Positions 9,954 through 18,826 of a DNA stretch of 64,000 bases are shown piece by piece. Position numbers and translations under genes: made by a program. The DNA lies in contig JBBJMR010000004.1 in NCBI GenBank assembly GCA_037720395.1, forward strand, positions 10,535 to 74,534, written 5' to 3'. The stretch is from Polyangiaceae bacterium. GTDB taxonomy: Bacteria; Myxococcota_A; Polyangia; Polyangiales; Polyangiaceae. Under the pieces are notes generated by a model that ran no database searches, was not told where the DNA came from, and worked only from the letters and a program-made list of their open reading frames with translations. The first letter of the stretch is position 1, and the number at the start of each line of letters is the position of its first letter.

Positions 9954-11558
9954 ATGAGCGAGGCGACGATGATGTCCGTACCGCTGACCCTGGAGCGGAT
10001 CGTGGAGCGCGCCGCGGGGCGCCTCGGCCACGTGGAGGTCGTCTCTCGCCGACCGGACCGTTCCCTGCATCGGACCACGTACGGCAAGGTGGCCGAACGG
10101 GCGCGCCGGCTGGCCCGCGCCCTCGTCGCCGCGGGGGTGAAGAAGGGCGACCGGGTGGGCACGCTGATGTGGAACCACGCCGAGCACCTGGAGGCCTACT
10201 TCGGCATCCCGCTCGCCGGCGCCGTCCTGCACACCCTCAATCTGCGCCTGCACCCGGACGAGATCGCCTACATCGCCAGCGACGCCGGCGACGTGCTGGT
10301 GCTCGTCGACGAGGTGCTGCTGCCGCTCTGGGAGAAGGTCGCGCCCAGGGCCAGCGGCGTGCGCCAGGTGATCGTCGTCGGGGCCAGCAAGCCGCCTGCC
10401 GCGCCGATGCTCGACTACGAGGCCTTCCTCGCCGGCGCCGACGACGCCACGCCCTTGCCGACCCTCGACGAGAACGACGCGCTCGGCTCCTGCTACACCA
10501 GCGGCACCACCGGCCGGCCCAAGGGCGTGATCTACACGCACCGCTCGACGCTGCTGCACACGCTGGTCACCGCCTTGCCCGACTCGCTCGATGTCTCGCG
10601 CGACGACACGCTGCTGCCAGTGGTGCCCATGTTCCACGTCAACGCCTGGGGCCTGCCGTACGCCGCGGCCATGGTCGGCGCCAAGCTCGTCTTCCCCGGC
10701 CCGCACCTCGACCCCACCAGCCTGCTCGAGCTGATGGAGGGCGAGCAGGTGACCATCGCCGCCGGCGTCCCCACCATCTGGCTCGGCATCCGCGATGCGC
10801 TGGAGAAGCAGCCGCGCAAGCTGGCGTCCGGCGTGCGCATGGTGGTCGGCGGCGGCGGCGCCGAGCAGCTCATCCGCGACTTCGACCGCCTCGGCCTGCG
10901 CCTCATCCACGCCTGGGGAATGACCGAGACCTCGCCGGTCGGGCTGGTCTCGCGCGTGCCGCCCGAGCTCGCCGGCAAGCCCGACGACTTCACCTACCAG
11001 CTGCGTGCCCGCCAGGGCGTGCCCCCGCCGCTGGTCGAGGTGCGGGTGCGCAACGAGGCCGGAGAGGTCCCCGGCGATGCCAGGACGTCCGGCGAGCTGC
11101 AGGTGCGCGCGCCCTGGGTGGCGGCGCGCTACGCCGACGGCGCCACGCCGGAGCGCTGGACGGACGACGGTTTCTTCCGCACCGGCGACGTGGCCACCGT
11201 CTGCCCCCACGGCTTCGTGGCCCTCACCGATCGCGTCGCCGACCTCATCAAGTCCGGCGGCGAGTGGATCGCCTCGCAGCAGCTGGAGAGCGCGCTCATG
11301 GCCCACCCGGCGGTGCAGGAGGTGGCGGTCATCGGCGTGCCGCACCCCAAGTGGAGCGAGCGGCCCCTGGCGGTGGTGGTGCTTCGCCAGGGGCAGCAGG
11401 CCAGCCCCGACGAGCTGCGCACCTTCGTGGCCGACAAGTTCGCCAAGTTCTGGCTGCCGGACGCGTTCGTCTTCGCCGAGTCCATCCCGAGGACCTCGAC
11501 CGGCAAGATGAAGAAGACCGACCTGCGCGCGCAGTACAAGGACTGGGCCTGGGCCTGA
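9954..11558 (+). CDS. Long-chain fatty-acid--CoA ligase (AMP-dependent synthetase)
   Basis: AMP-binding motif YTSGTTGRPKGV, later TGD and SGGEWI motifs, and a C-terminal STGKMKK lysine motif. Confidence 0.9.
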   Translation: MSEATMMSVPLTLERIVERAAGRLGHVEVVSRRPDRSLHRTTYGKVAERARRLARALVAAGVKKGDRVGTLMWNHAEHLEAYFGIPLAGAVLHTLNLRLHPDEIAYIASDAGDVLVLVDEVLLPLWEKVAPRASGVRQVIVVGASKPPAAPMLDYEAFLAGADDATPLPTLDENDALGSCYTSGTTGRPKGVIYTHRSTLLHTLVTALPDSLDVSRDDTLLPVVPMFHVNAWGLPYAAAMVGAKLVFPGPHLDPTSLLELMEGEQVTIAAGVPTIWLGIRDALEKQPRKLASGVRMVVGGGGAEQLIRDFDRLGLRLIHAWGMTETSPVGLVSRVPPELAGKPDDFTYQLRARQGVPPPLVEVRVRNEAGEVPGDARTSGELQVRAPWVAARYADGATPERWTDDGFFRTGDVATVCPHGFVALTDRVADLIKSGGEWIASQQLESALMAHPAVQEVAVIGVPHPKWSERPLAVVVLRQGQQASPDELRTFVADKFAKFWLPDAFVFAESIPRTSTGKMKKTDLRAQYKDWAWA

Positions 11559-11613
11559 GCGCTGCAGCGCGTCGCCTTCCGCGGGTGGCGCGCTAAAGGT
11601 AGCGGTGTCGCCG

Positions 11614-12396
11614 ATGAAGTGGAATGATATTCCAAGTTGGTGGGGCCCGGCAGGGCGCCTACCGTTCGCCGTGGCTCCGCTGCGACGCGATGGAAAGGAG
11701 CGCCGCGATGCGCTGCTCGACGCGGCGCTGCGCTGCTTCGCGCGCGACGGTATCATGGCCACCGGCATCGAGCAGGTGCGTCGCGAGGCCGGGGCCAGCC
11801 CCTCGAGCGTCTACCACCAGTTCAAGGGGTTGCCCGAGCTGGTGCTGGCCCTCCTGCAGCGCACCTTCGAGCGATTGCTGGGGGCCATCGCCGCGCGTGT
11901 CACCGCCGCCCGCACCGCACGGGGCGCGGTGGAACGGCTGGTGCTCGGTCACCTGGAGTGGGTCTTCGCGCACCGTGACGAGGCGCGCTTCATGTACCAG
12001 GCGCTGGCGCTGGAGCTGCGCGCGGACACGGCCCGCGCCCTGACCGCGCGCAAGGCCGAGCTGCTCGGGCCCATCGCCGCGGCCCTCGGCACGTTCGTGG
12101 CGAGGGGCGAGCTGCCCAACTGGCCGCCGCTGACGTTCGACGTGGTCCTGCTCGGGCAGAGCCACGAGTCCTTCCGCCGCTGGCTCGGCGGCGCTCCGCT
12201 CGAACCGGCCTGGATGCGGCGGGCGATGCCACGCATGGCCTGGGAGAGCCTGGGCGGCGCGCAGCCGGTGGCGCCCGGGCGGCCTCGGCGACGCGCCCGC
12301 CCACCCGGCGCAGGCCGTAGGACCTTGCCAGACTACGCCTTCCATGCGACGCATGCGGCCGGGGTCGCCTCGGGCGGCCTCGCCAAGCGCCACTAG
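11614..12396 (+). CDS. TetR-family transcriptional regulator
   Basis: N-terminal HTH LDAALRCFARDGIMATGIEQVRREAGASPSSVYHQFKG. The Arg-rich C-terminal tail runs 10 nt into the tRNA, so the true stop is uncertain. Confidence 0.8.
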   Translation: MKWNDIPSWWGPAGRLPFAVAPLRRDGKERRDALLDAALRCFARDGIMATGIEQVRREAGASPSSVYHQFKGLPELVLALLQRTFERLLGAIAARVTAARTARGAVERLVLGHLEWVFAHRDEARFMYQALALELRADTARALTARKAELLGPIAAALGTFVARGELPNWPPLTFDVVLLGQSHESFRRWLGGAPLEPAWMRRAMPRMAWESLGGAQPVAPGRPRRRARPPGAGRRTLPDYAFHATHAAGVASGGLAKRH

Positions 12397-12460
12397 CTCA
12401 GCTGGATAGAGTGTCGGCCTCCGAAGCCGAAGGTCGCGCGTTCGAATCGCGCGTGGCGCG
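12387..12460 (+). tRNA. tRNA-Arg (anticodon CCG)
   Basis: 74-nt cloverleaf folded by hand. Acceptor GCGCCAC/GTGGCGC, D arm GCTC-AGCTGGATA-GAGT, anticodon arm TCGGC-CTCCGAA-GCCGA, T arm GCGCG-TTCGAAT-CGCGC. CCA is not encoded. Confidence 0.9.
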
Positions 12461-12461
12461 C
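12415..12461 (+). repeat. Direct repeat copy 1 (attL-like; 3' part of tRNA-Arg)
   Basis: 47 bp identical to 16525-16571. Confidence 0.95.
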
Positions 12462-12571
12462 TGAAGTCGGGTTTCGAACCACGGGCGAGCCGTAGCCGTT
12501 TGCCCCCTGTGTCAGAGTCGTTGCCGCATCGCCGCATCTCCGTGATCGCGGCGAGCAGGCGGCGGCGTCAG

Positions 12572-13267
12572 TCATACGGAGGGTCGATTCTTTGGTGGCT
12601 TGGGCGGCACCGGAAATGGCGCGTCCGCCTGCTCTTGCACCTCTTGCTCGAGCTTCTTGAGCTTCCTGCCCTCCACGGTGTTCTCCAGCTTGAGCCTCTC
12701 CCTTTCGGCCCTCAGCCGTCGCAGTGCATCCTCGATTCCTTGCCGCTCTGCCTGCCCACTCGTACCTGAGGGCGCTCCGACTTCGTCGTCCTTGAGGTCG
12801 AAGATCTTGAAGAAGTCGTCTTTCAACTTTTCCTCCGGCGTAGGGTCGACGATGCGCCGTTCTGTCTCGTTGATGTCCTTGATGCGCTTCTCGCGCCGCT
12901 CGATGTCCTCGCGCAGGCGGTCCATCTCTTCGAGCTTCTCGACGAGCTCGGCAAGGCCGGGAGGCGAGACAGTGGGACCACCGATGCGCACGGTCCACGC
13001 CCCTCCCATCACGCGGCCCCCGTGGCCGGTCTTCTCGTGGAGGCGAGCGGCGGGCCTGCCGCCGATGAGGACCGTGCCCGAGCCTTCGAGGATGGCGTCG
13101 CGGCGCGAAGTCATGCAGGACGCCAGGTCTCCTGCGCGAGCTGCTGGTTTCGCCTCGATCTGGACCCGCGGAAAGCCGCGGGGCTGCACGGGACCGCCGA
13201 CGTGGGGCGCCGGGTCCACGGACGGGCAGATGTGTGGGTCACCGACACGAGCTGCGGGGCGGCTCAT
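12572..13267 (-). CDS. PAAR-domain protein with charged coiled-coil C-terminal extension
   Basis: Three PAAR motifs (PAARVGD, PAARAGD, PAARLHE) in the first ~95 aa. They are followed by a ~135-aa Glu/Lys/Arg-rich heptad-like tail encoded by lower-GC DNA. ATGA overlap with the upstream ATPase gene. Confidence 0.8.
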   Translation of the reverse strand: MSRPAARVGDPHICPSVDPAPHVGGPVQPRGFPRVQIEAKPAARAGDLASCMTSRRDAILEGSGTVLIGGRPAARLHEKTGHGGRVMGGAWTVRIGGPTVSPPGLAELVEKLEEMDRLREDIERREKRIKDINETERRIVDPTPEEKLKDDFFKIFDLKDDEVGAPSGTSGQAERQGIEDALRRLRAERERLKLENTVEGRKLKKLEQEVQEQADAPFPVPPKPPKNRPSV

Positions 13268-14265
13268 CGGCTCGCTCCGAGGACACGGATCTGTCGGCTC
13301 TGCAAGTCGCGCAGAATGCCGGCCGAGGAGGTGGCGACGATGATCTGATTGTTCTTGCCCAGCCCGCCGAGGCGACGCAGCGCCTCCGCCTGCTCTACGG
13401 GATGAACGTGCAGCTCGGGCTCGTCAATCAGGACTACCGAATTGTCGAGCCGGAGTCGCACGAACGTCGTGGCGAAGAGCAGCGCCTGGCGTTCCGACGC
13501 CGAAAGCTCGTTGAGATCGACGTGATAGCCGCCCTGGCGCGCGAAGCGCAGCGTGCTACCAGCTCCACTCGGAACCAATCCGTCGATGCGAATGGTATCG
13601 GTGAGCTGGTGCAGCGCCGACCGATATGGCTCGAGGCTATCCCTCGAAGGGGCGCCGAGCACCACCCCGTTGTCGCGCAGCTCTGTCAGCACGTCCGTTG
13701 CCGCACGCATCGCCGCCTCCTGGAGGGTCCCGGGCACCGCATCGTACTTTCCGGGGTGTTTGCCCATCCTCGATGCAGCTTCGAGCGCCAGCGGCAGCGG
13801 TGGCTGGGGCGGCCCGCCGCCGCCCATGTCGTGCAGGTCGCGGTTGGCGGGGAAGTACTCGAACTTGCCCAGGCCTTCCGAGCGGTGGAACTGCTCGAAC
13901 AGGCGGCGCAGGTCGGCGGTGCCGTCGGCGATGCGGCTCGTGTCGCCGTCGATACGCAGCTCCACATCGCATCGCACGGACGGGGCGCCCGCGAAGCGTC
14001 GCTCCTGGTCGGTCAGCACCCAAGAGCTCGCGATTCGGCCGGTGGTGCTACCGCGGCGCAACAGTCGTTCTGGGCCCGGGGCCGGCCCGTAGCCACCCAC
14101 GTGCTCCTTGTTCGCGCAGATGGCCTCGAGCAGCGCAGTCTTGCCCGTGCCGCCAGGCCCGGTGACGGCCACGACGTCGAAGGGCTCGCCGGTCTCATCG
14201 GCGAAGCTGTACGTCCCGTCTGGGCAGCCGAGGATGTTCTCGAGTGTGATCTTGGCGAGCTTCAT
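13264..14265 (-). CDS. ABC/SMC-type AAA ATPase (AAA_15/AAA_21-like), no fused effector domain
   Basis: Walker A GPGGTGKT, signature-like LSASERQ, Walker B VVLIDEPELHVHP, and Q-loop/H-loop-like IIVATSS. Confidence 0.8.
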   Translation of the reverse strand: MKLAKITLENILGCPDGTYSFADETGEPFDVVAVTGPGGTGKTALLEAICANKEHVGGYGPAPGPERLLRRGSTTGRIASSWVLTDQERRFAGAPSVRCDVELRIDGDTSRIADGTADLRRLFEQFHRSEGLGKFEYFPANRDLHDMGGGGPPQPPLPLALEAASRMGKHPGKYDAVPGTLQEAAMRAATDVLTELRDNGVVLGAPSRDSLEPYRSALHQLTDTIRIDGLVPSGAGSTLRFARQGGYHVDLNELSASERQALLFATTFVRLRLDNSVVLIDEPELHVHPVEQAEALRRLGGLGKNNQIIVATSSAGILRDLQSRQIRVLGASR

Positions 14266-14273
14266 TGGGCGCT

Positions 14274-14702
14274 TCAGTTGAGCTTGATGACCGAACCGTT
14301 GACCACGACCGGGCCGCCGCTCTGGATCTGAATCCCCCCGGGCGTGAGGGTGATCGAGGAGCCACCGGACACGAGACGCACCTCACCGTTGCCTTGGGCC
14401 AGGATCTTGCCGGCGATCATCTGCACGATGCTCTTGGCCATCACCCACAGACCACCGGTGTCGATGAAGTGGTTGGTGCTGCCGTCTCGGCGGACGTCCC
14501 CGGCCACGAGCCCCATGGTCTCCGAGGCGTTGATGGTCACCGTCTTGGCGGTCACGTTGTACGGCCCCGTGGACGTCGATACCGAGCCGGCGCTGATGCT
14601 CTGCCCGCCGGCGAGCTCGGAGACGGCATCAACAAAGCCGAGGCGGACGAGCGTGACGTCATCGAGTGCCGCGCCGGCCAGGAGGCGTGCGTTCAACGCC
14701 AT
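14274..14702 (-). CDS. Small beta-helix protein resembling the extreme C-terminus of VgrG/gp5 spikes
   Basis: 142 aa. Short-period beta-strand repeats end in GGSSITLTPGGIQIQSGGPVVVNGSVIKLN, similar to VgrG C-terminal repeats by my recollection (not searched). Confidence 0.5.
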   Translation of the reverse strand: MALNARLLAGAALDDVTLVRLGFVDAVSELAGGQSISAGSVSTSTGPYNVTAKTVTINASETMGLVAGDVRRDGSTNHFIDTGGLWVMAKSIVQMIAGKILAQGNGEVRLVSGGSSITLTPGGIQIQSGGPVVVNGSVIKLN

Positions 14703-15127
14703 GGGCCATGCTCCTTGTCCGCGCCAAGGACCGGCTCGAACGGGAAGACCTCCGCCGGCGCCTGGCCGTGCAAGTCGACGGTATCCTCGTCGCCGACCGT
14801 CTTGCGCCTATCCGCGCCAGACCCCGCACCCATCGCCGCCCGGGAGCGCACGGCGGCCGCGTAGGCCGAACGGAACGAGCGCAAGAGCTCGCTGCTTCCC
14901 CCGGCGGCGGTGAGCTTCGCCGACCAGCGCTCCTCCAGATCCAGGAGGCGCGCTCGCGTCAATCCGAGGGCGGTCAACACCTTGGACTCGTTTGCGAAAG
15001 GCTCCTCCAGCGCCGCGACGACCCGCGCGTACTGCGCGATGTCGTCCGCCGCGCCCGCCGTTGCCGCGCCCTGTTCCTCTGCCGTCAGCTCACCGTCCCG
15101 CCGCTGCTGCTGCTGCTGCGTGCTCAT
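14693..15127 (-). CDS. Hypothetical protein (poly-Gln N-terminus)
   Basis: 144-aa ORF with good GC3. Overlaps the downstream gene by 10 nt. No recognisable domain. Confidence 0.4.
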   Translation of the reverse strand: MSTQQQQQRRDGELTAEEQGAATAGAADDIAQYARVVAALEEPFANESKVLTALGLTRARLLDLEERWSAKLTAAGGSSELLRSFRSAYAAAVRSRAAMGAGSGADRRKTVGDEDTVDLHGQAPAEVFPFEPVLGADKEHGPWR

Positions 15128-15321
15128 GCGTGTTCATCGGTCCGGCGCGCGCTCAGGCGTCAAGAATCGCACCTCGGGGGGCGGCGCCGGCCGGCCACCG
15201 GCAGGGCCTCGTGTACCCTGCCAGCGCCGGCGCGAGGGGGGGGCCGTTGCCAGGAGGGGTGAGGGGAAGGCGGTTTCCATTGCCTTCGCTGCCCGAGCGC
15301 GCGCTCGCGATGCCCGCGATG

Positions 15322-15634
15322 CTACTCGGCGGTGGCACGGAGCCGGCGCACGGTGCGTCTCTCGCCGGTTGCCAGCGCCTTGGACACCTTCCAGAACGCG
15401 CGCCGCAGCTCGACGCCGACGGCGAGCGCCAGATCCTCGACGGCGCGCCGCCACCATCTGCCCGTCGAGCAGGGGCTGGTCGATCCGGAGGAAGTCGACG
15501 AGGGTCTCGAGCGACGCGGGAAGCTCGAGGAGCCCGCTCGGGACGGGCGGCTCCATCGAGTCGCCATCGACATCGACGCTCTGCGTCGCGAGGAGCCACG
15601 CGAGGTACGCGGTACGCAGATCGCCGCGTATCAC
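15322..15634 (-). pseudogene. Frame-broken hypothetical gene fragment
   Basis: N-terminal part MIRGDLRTAYLAWLL...LRIDQPLLDGQMV lies in one frame. A plausible continuation AVEDLALAVGVELRRAFWKVSKAL...TAE-stop lies in another, with the junction near 15440. Confidence 0.3.
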
Positions 15635-15660
15635 GGGTCAGTTCGCGGATACCTCCGCCG

Positions 15661-16026
15661 TCAACCGATGGGCAGTCGACGGACGCGCGCTCGCTGCCCA
15701 TCGGTACTGATGACGGCGCCAGCCGCCAGGTCCTCGCCGCAGCTTCGAATCGTCGCCTCGATCACCGCTGCGGCCTCTGCGGCTCGAAGGCCCTCCGCCC
15801 GAAGCCGGACCACGGACGGCGCTGTGGCACCCGAGAGTGCGAGGAGCGCGTGGAAGTCAGCATCGAGCGTGACGACGACGCGGTTGGAAGCGCGGGCCCA
15901 ATCGAGGATTGCCCTGTCGTCAGCCCTCGCCATGCCGAGGTCCCCAACGTGCGTGGCATCGAAGCCAGCCGCTTGCAGCAGGGCCACGGCCGAACGGGGC
16001 AAGCCTTGGTCGAGAACCAGTTTCAT
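15661..16026 (-). CDS. DUF5615-like PIN-fold putative toxin
   Basis: 121 aa starting MKLVLDQGLP, with VVVTLDADF. 4-nt overlap with the upstream DUF433 gene, the usual pairing. Confidence 0.6.
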   Translation of the reverse strand: MKLVLDQGLPRSAVALLQAAGFDATHVGDLGMARADDRAILDWARASNRVVVTLDADFHALLALSGATAPSVVRLRAEGLRAAEAAAVIEATIRSCGEDLAAGAVISTDGQRARVRRLPIG

Positions 16027-16259
16027 CCAGCCTTGGACAGCTCGATCACTCGGTCATCCATGGCCGCTGCGGCGTATGCGAGGGCCTGACGGATATCCTC
16101 ATCTTCGAGCTCGGGGTATTCCCGGTGAAGCTCGTGGCGATCTGGATAGGTGGCGAGCGCTTCCAGCACGCGCCGCACCGTCAAACGCATGCCTCGGATG
16201 CAGGGCTGCCCGTTCATCAATCCGCCGTCCGAGGTGATGCGATCGAAGATAGTGGCCAT
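16023..16259 (-). CDS. DUF433-domain putative antitoxin
   Basis: 78 aa from the ATG at 16259. Contains the typical DUF433 core GGLMNGQPCIRGMRLTVRRVLEAL and a C-terminal YPELEDEDIRQALAYA. Confidence 0.7.
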   Translation of the reverse strand: MATIFDRITSDGGLMNGQPCIRGMRLTVRRVLEALATYPDRHELHREYPELEDEDIRQALAYAAAAMDDRVIELSKAG

Positions 16260-16524
16260 GGGGTCCGAAGAGTGTACCTCACGAGGAGCCGCCGGACCCG
16301 CTCGCGATGGGCGCCGACATCCTCCGCGTGCTGCTGCGCCCTCACGGTGTTGGCCATCGGCCGCCCGTCGGGCGGCGCTCGAGCAGCACGGTCTCGGCCA
16401 GCTCCCGACCATGCGTGTGGGCAAACCTCGACCGGATGGCCAGCGCCCGCAGGTACCTCTCGGCCATGGTCCCCAGCCGGTCCCCACAGCGCCTCCAACC
16501 TCGCGTCTTCGCTCCATTCGCCTC

Positions 16525-16571
16525 CGGCCTCCGAAGCCGAAGGTCGCGCGTTCGAATCGCGCGTGGCGCGC
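16525..16571 (+). repeat. Direct repeat copy 2 (attR-like; orphan tRNA-Arg 3' fragment)
   Basis: 47 bp identical to 12415-12461. No matching tRNA 5' half upstream. Confidence 0.95.
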
Positions 16572-16715
16572 CCAGGGATCGTAGGGGGGTCGCAGCGCAG
16601 GCGGCGCGGCGGCTGGGACGGAGAGTGGACCCTTGCCATAGGTGCGGCGAAGACGACGCCGGCGCTCATTCGCCCGTGAGCGCGATATGCGGCGGCGTCG
16701 TTCCTCGCCAGGTCC

Positions 16716-18290
16716 TCACTCGTAGAGGAAGACTCCGCGCAGGTCCTCGGTGATCGCCAGGGGCGTGCCGCCCTGTTTGATCGAGGTGGCGCGGAACTGG
16801 TAGAGCATGCCGGCGTCGAGAGCGGGCCCCTCGTAGGTCACACTGACCGTCTTGTCGCCGCTGACGCCGGGCACGTCGAGCTTCTCCCAGACCAGGGTGC
16901 CGAACGCGTCGTACACGCGCACCTCGTAGTGATCCTCGCCGGAGTCGTCGCTCCAGACGAGCTCCGGCGTGCCGCTGACGATTGCCTCGTTGTCGGGCGA
17001 GACCACGTCGAGCGCGCCGGTGACCTTGAAGCTCTGGTCGAGCGTCTGGGCCCCCTCGGAGACGACGATGTGCACGATGTCCGTTCCACCGATGGCGGTG
17101 TCCGGATCGCGCACCAGGAAGTCGTTCTCGAGCGCGGCCAGCACCACGTAGTTGCCGTCCGGCACGCCTTCGAACGCGAAGTCGCCGCTGATCGGCCAGA
17201 CCCGCAGCCCGGGCGGTGCCTCGCCCCGCGCCGCGTTGGGCACGAACGTCTCGTCCACGACCAGGATCACGCTGGTGTCCTGCCCGTCGCCGGGGTTGAC
17301 GATCTCGATCTTGCCGGAGATCGCGGAGGTGGCCTGTCCCGTGGCGGCGAGGTCGACGCCCTCGGTGGTGGCGCCGGCGGTGACGTCGGCGCTGGTGCCG
17401 GCGAGCTGCAGGTACTGTTTGTAGCCGCGCACCGACACGCCGCTGCCGGCGGCGACGTTGAAGACGGTGTACGTGCCGTCGATGTCCGCCACACCGCTGG
17501 CGCCTCCGCCCGCGTCGATGGCGCCGCCGGCGACGACCAGCGTGCCCGCGGGACGGTCCGCCAGCACCTTGCCCGAGATGGCGCCCAGGCCTTCGGTGCT
17601 CGCCAGCTCCAGCATGCCGATGTCCGTGGCCGTCGACTCGACGTTCGGCGGATCGCCGGCGGCCTCCGACATCTCGATCGGCAGCGCGATGCGCGGCGCG
17701 GTCGGGAAGGTCTGATAGTCGGCGGCGTCCGATCGCAGCGAGACCTGGTGCGTGGTGAGCGAGCCATCCTTGTTGCGCGGGACCGGCACCTTCAGCGTGT
17801 AGCTGCCGTCGGGATCGGTGACGGCGATGCCGGAAGCGGCCGAGAAGTTCGCGTCGCGCGCCAGCACGTGCGCGCCGCCGATGGCTGCCTTGCTGGCCAG
17901 GTCGAACACCTTGCCGGTGAGCGTCACCGGTGGGAAGCACGCCGGGGTGCCGCCGACGACAGTCTCGCAAACGACGTCCGGGCTCGCACACCCGGTGTCG
18001 TACTCGGGCGAGCAGTAGCAGCCTGGGTCGCCGTCCGGCGTCTCGGCGCACTCGAGCCCGGGCCCGCAGCCGGCACGGGTCTCGGGCGAGCAGAAGCACG
18101 CCTTCTTGCCATCCCGGCCTTCGCGACAGACCTGGCCGCCGCCGCAGGCCTCGTCCCCTTCGCAGGTCCCGTCGTTGTCGTTGTCCTCGTCGTCTCCGCA
18201 GCTGGTCGACGCCGCCAGCGGCGCGACGATGAGCGCTGCCATCCATGCGATTCGGGCGAACTGGGAGTGGGCACGTTTCGGGGTCACCAT
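16716..18290 (-). CDS. Secreted lipoprotein with Cys-rich N-terminus and carboxypeptidase-regulatory-like beta-sandwich repeats
   Basis: Lipobox LAASTSC. Cys-rich segment, then repeats such as TLTGKVFD...VTDPDGSYTLKV. Start chosen at ATG 18290. Confidence 0.6.
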   Translation of the reverse strand: MVTPKRAHSQFARIAWMAALIVAPLAASTSCGDDEDNDNDGTCEGDEACGGGQVCREGRDGKKACFCSPETRAGCGPGLECAETPDGDPGCYCSPEYDTGCASPDVVCETVVGGTPACFPPVTLTGKVFDLASKAAIGGAHVLARDANFSAASGIAVTDPDGSYTLKVPVPRNKDGSLTTHQVSLRSDAADYQTFPTAPRIALPIEMSEAAGDPPNVESTATDIGMLELASTEGLGAISGKVLADRPAGTLVVAGGAIDAGGGASGVADIDGTYTVFNVAAGSGVSVRGYKQYLQLAGTSADVTAGATTEGVDLAATGQATSAISGKIEIVNPGDGQDTSVILVVDETFVPNAARGEAPPGLRVWPISGDFAFEGVPDGNYVVLAALENDFLVRDPDTAIGGTDIVHIVVSEGAQTLDQSFKVTGALDVVSPDNEAIVSGTPELVWSDDSGEDHYEVRVYDAFGTLVWEKLDVPGVSGDKTVSVTYEGPALDAGMLYQFRATSIKQGGTPLAITEDLRGVFLYE

Positions 18291-18826
18291 GACCGGCCAG
18301 GACACCACCCGGTCAGACGGCAATTAAACGTCCCAGCGGCGTCACCGCTCACCCACTTCGTCGCACCTGGCCGTTGCGGTCTCGAATGAGCGGGTCGGCT
18401 GTGCGCGCTTGTGAGCAAGCGGCGCGTGGGGCGGGGCGCCGGAGAATGGGTGGTGACTTTGGCAGGTCGTCACACGGGCGATAGGAGCTCGGTAGGGATG
18501 GGAACGGCGGGCTCCCCGTCTGCCAGGTGACGGTGGCGGTCCACCGGCTTCAGCACCGGACGCCGCCGACTGCGCGGGCGGTCGGGCGCGGTCGCACCAC
18601 TCGGACGGCTCGCACTCGGCGAAGGTGTCGAGGATCCGCCGCGGCGAAGCGGATTGCGCGCAGATGCGAAGTGGGGACGCGTGCGCGCAGCCTCGGTGCG
18701 AAGCGGACCGCGCGCGCGCTGTAGAGATCTTCGTCACTCGCCGGCAGTTCGCCGGCCTCGTCGCGCGGCAGCTGCCCTGGGCACGACCTTGCATTGGTCG
18801 CCGGCGTGCATCGACATCCGCGCGCC

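Larger units (their letters stand above)
12461..16571. mobile_element. Putative integrated islet at tRNA-Arg(CCG); no integrase present
   Basis: Bounded by a perfect 47-bp direct repeat of the tRNA 3' end. All seven ORFs are on the minus strand. GC drops locally and one ORF is frame-broken. Confidence 0.7.

Noticed and set aside
12300-12396. TetR C-terminal tail overlapping the tRNA as a meaningful gene-tRNA overlap
   Set aside because: The last ~40 codons are Arg/Pro/Gly-rich and unlike TetR ligand domains. This is more likely read-through after a missed stop or frameshift than a functional overlap.
12393-12998. 201-aa minus-strand ORF overlapping the tRNA-Arg gene and the PAAR gene tail
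   Set aside because: It is out of frame with the PAAR protein, whose coiled-coil tail has coherent heptad-like sequence. It overlaps a tRNA and its composition is Arg/Ala-rich.
12461-16571. Islet as a T6SS auxiliary cluster or prophage remnant
   Set aside because: No Hcp, TssA-M, full-length VgrG, sheath, tube, baseplate, capsid or terminase genes are present in the islet or elsewhere in the window. Only the tip-like pieces are present, so I report it as an orphan module instead.
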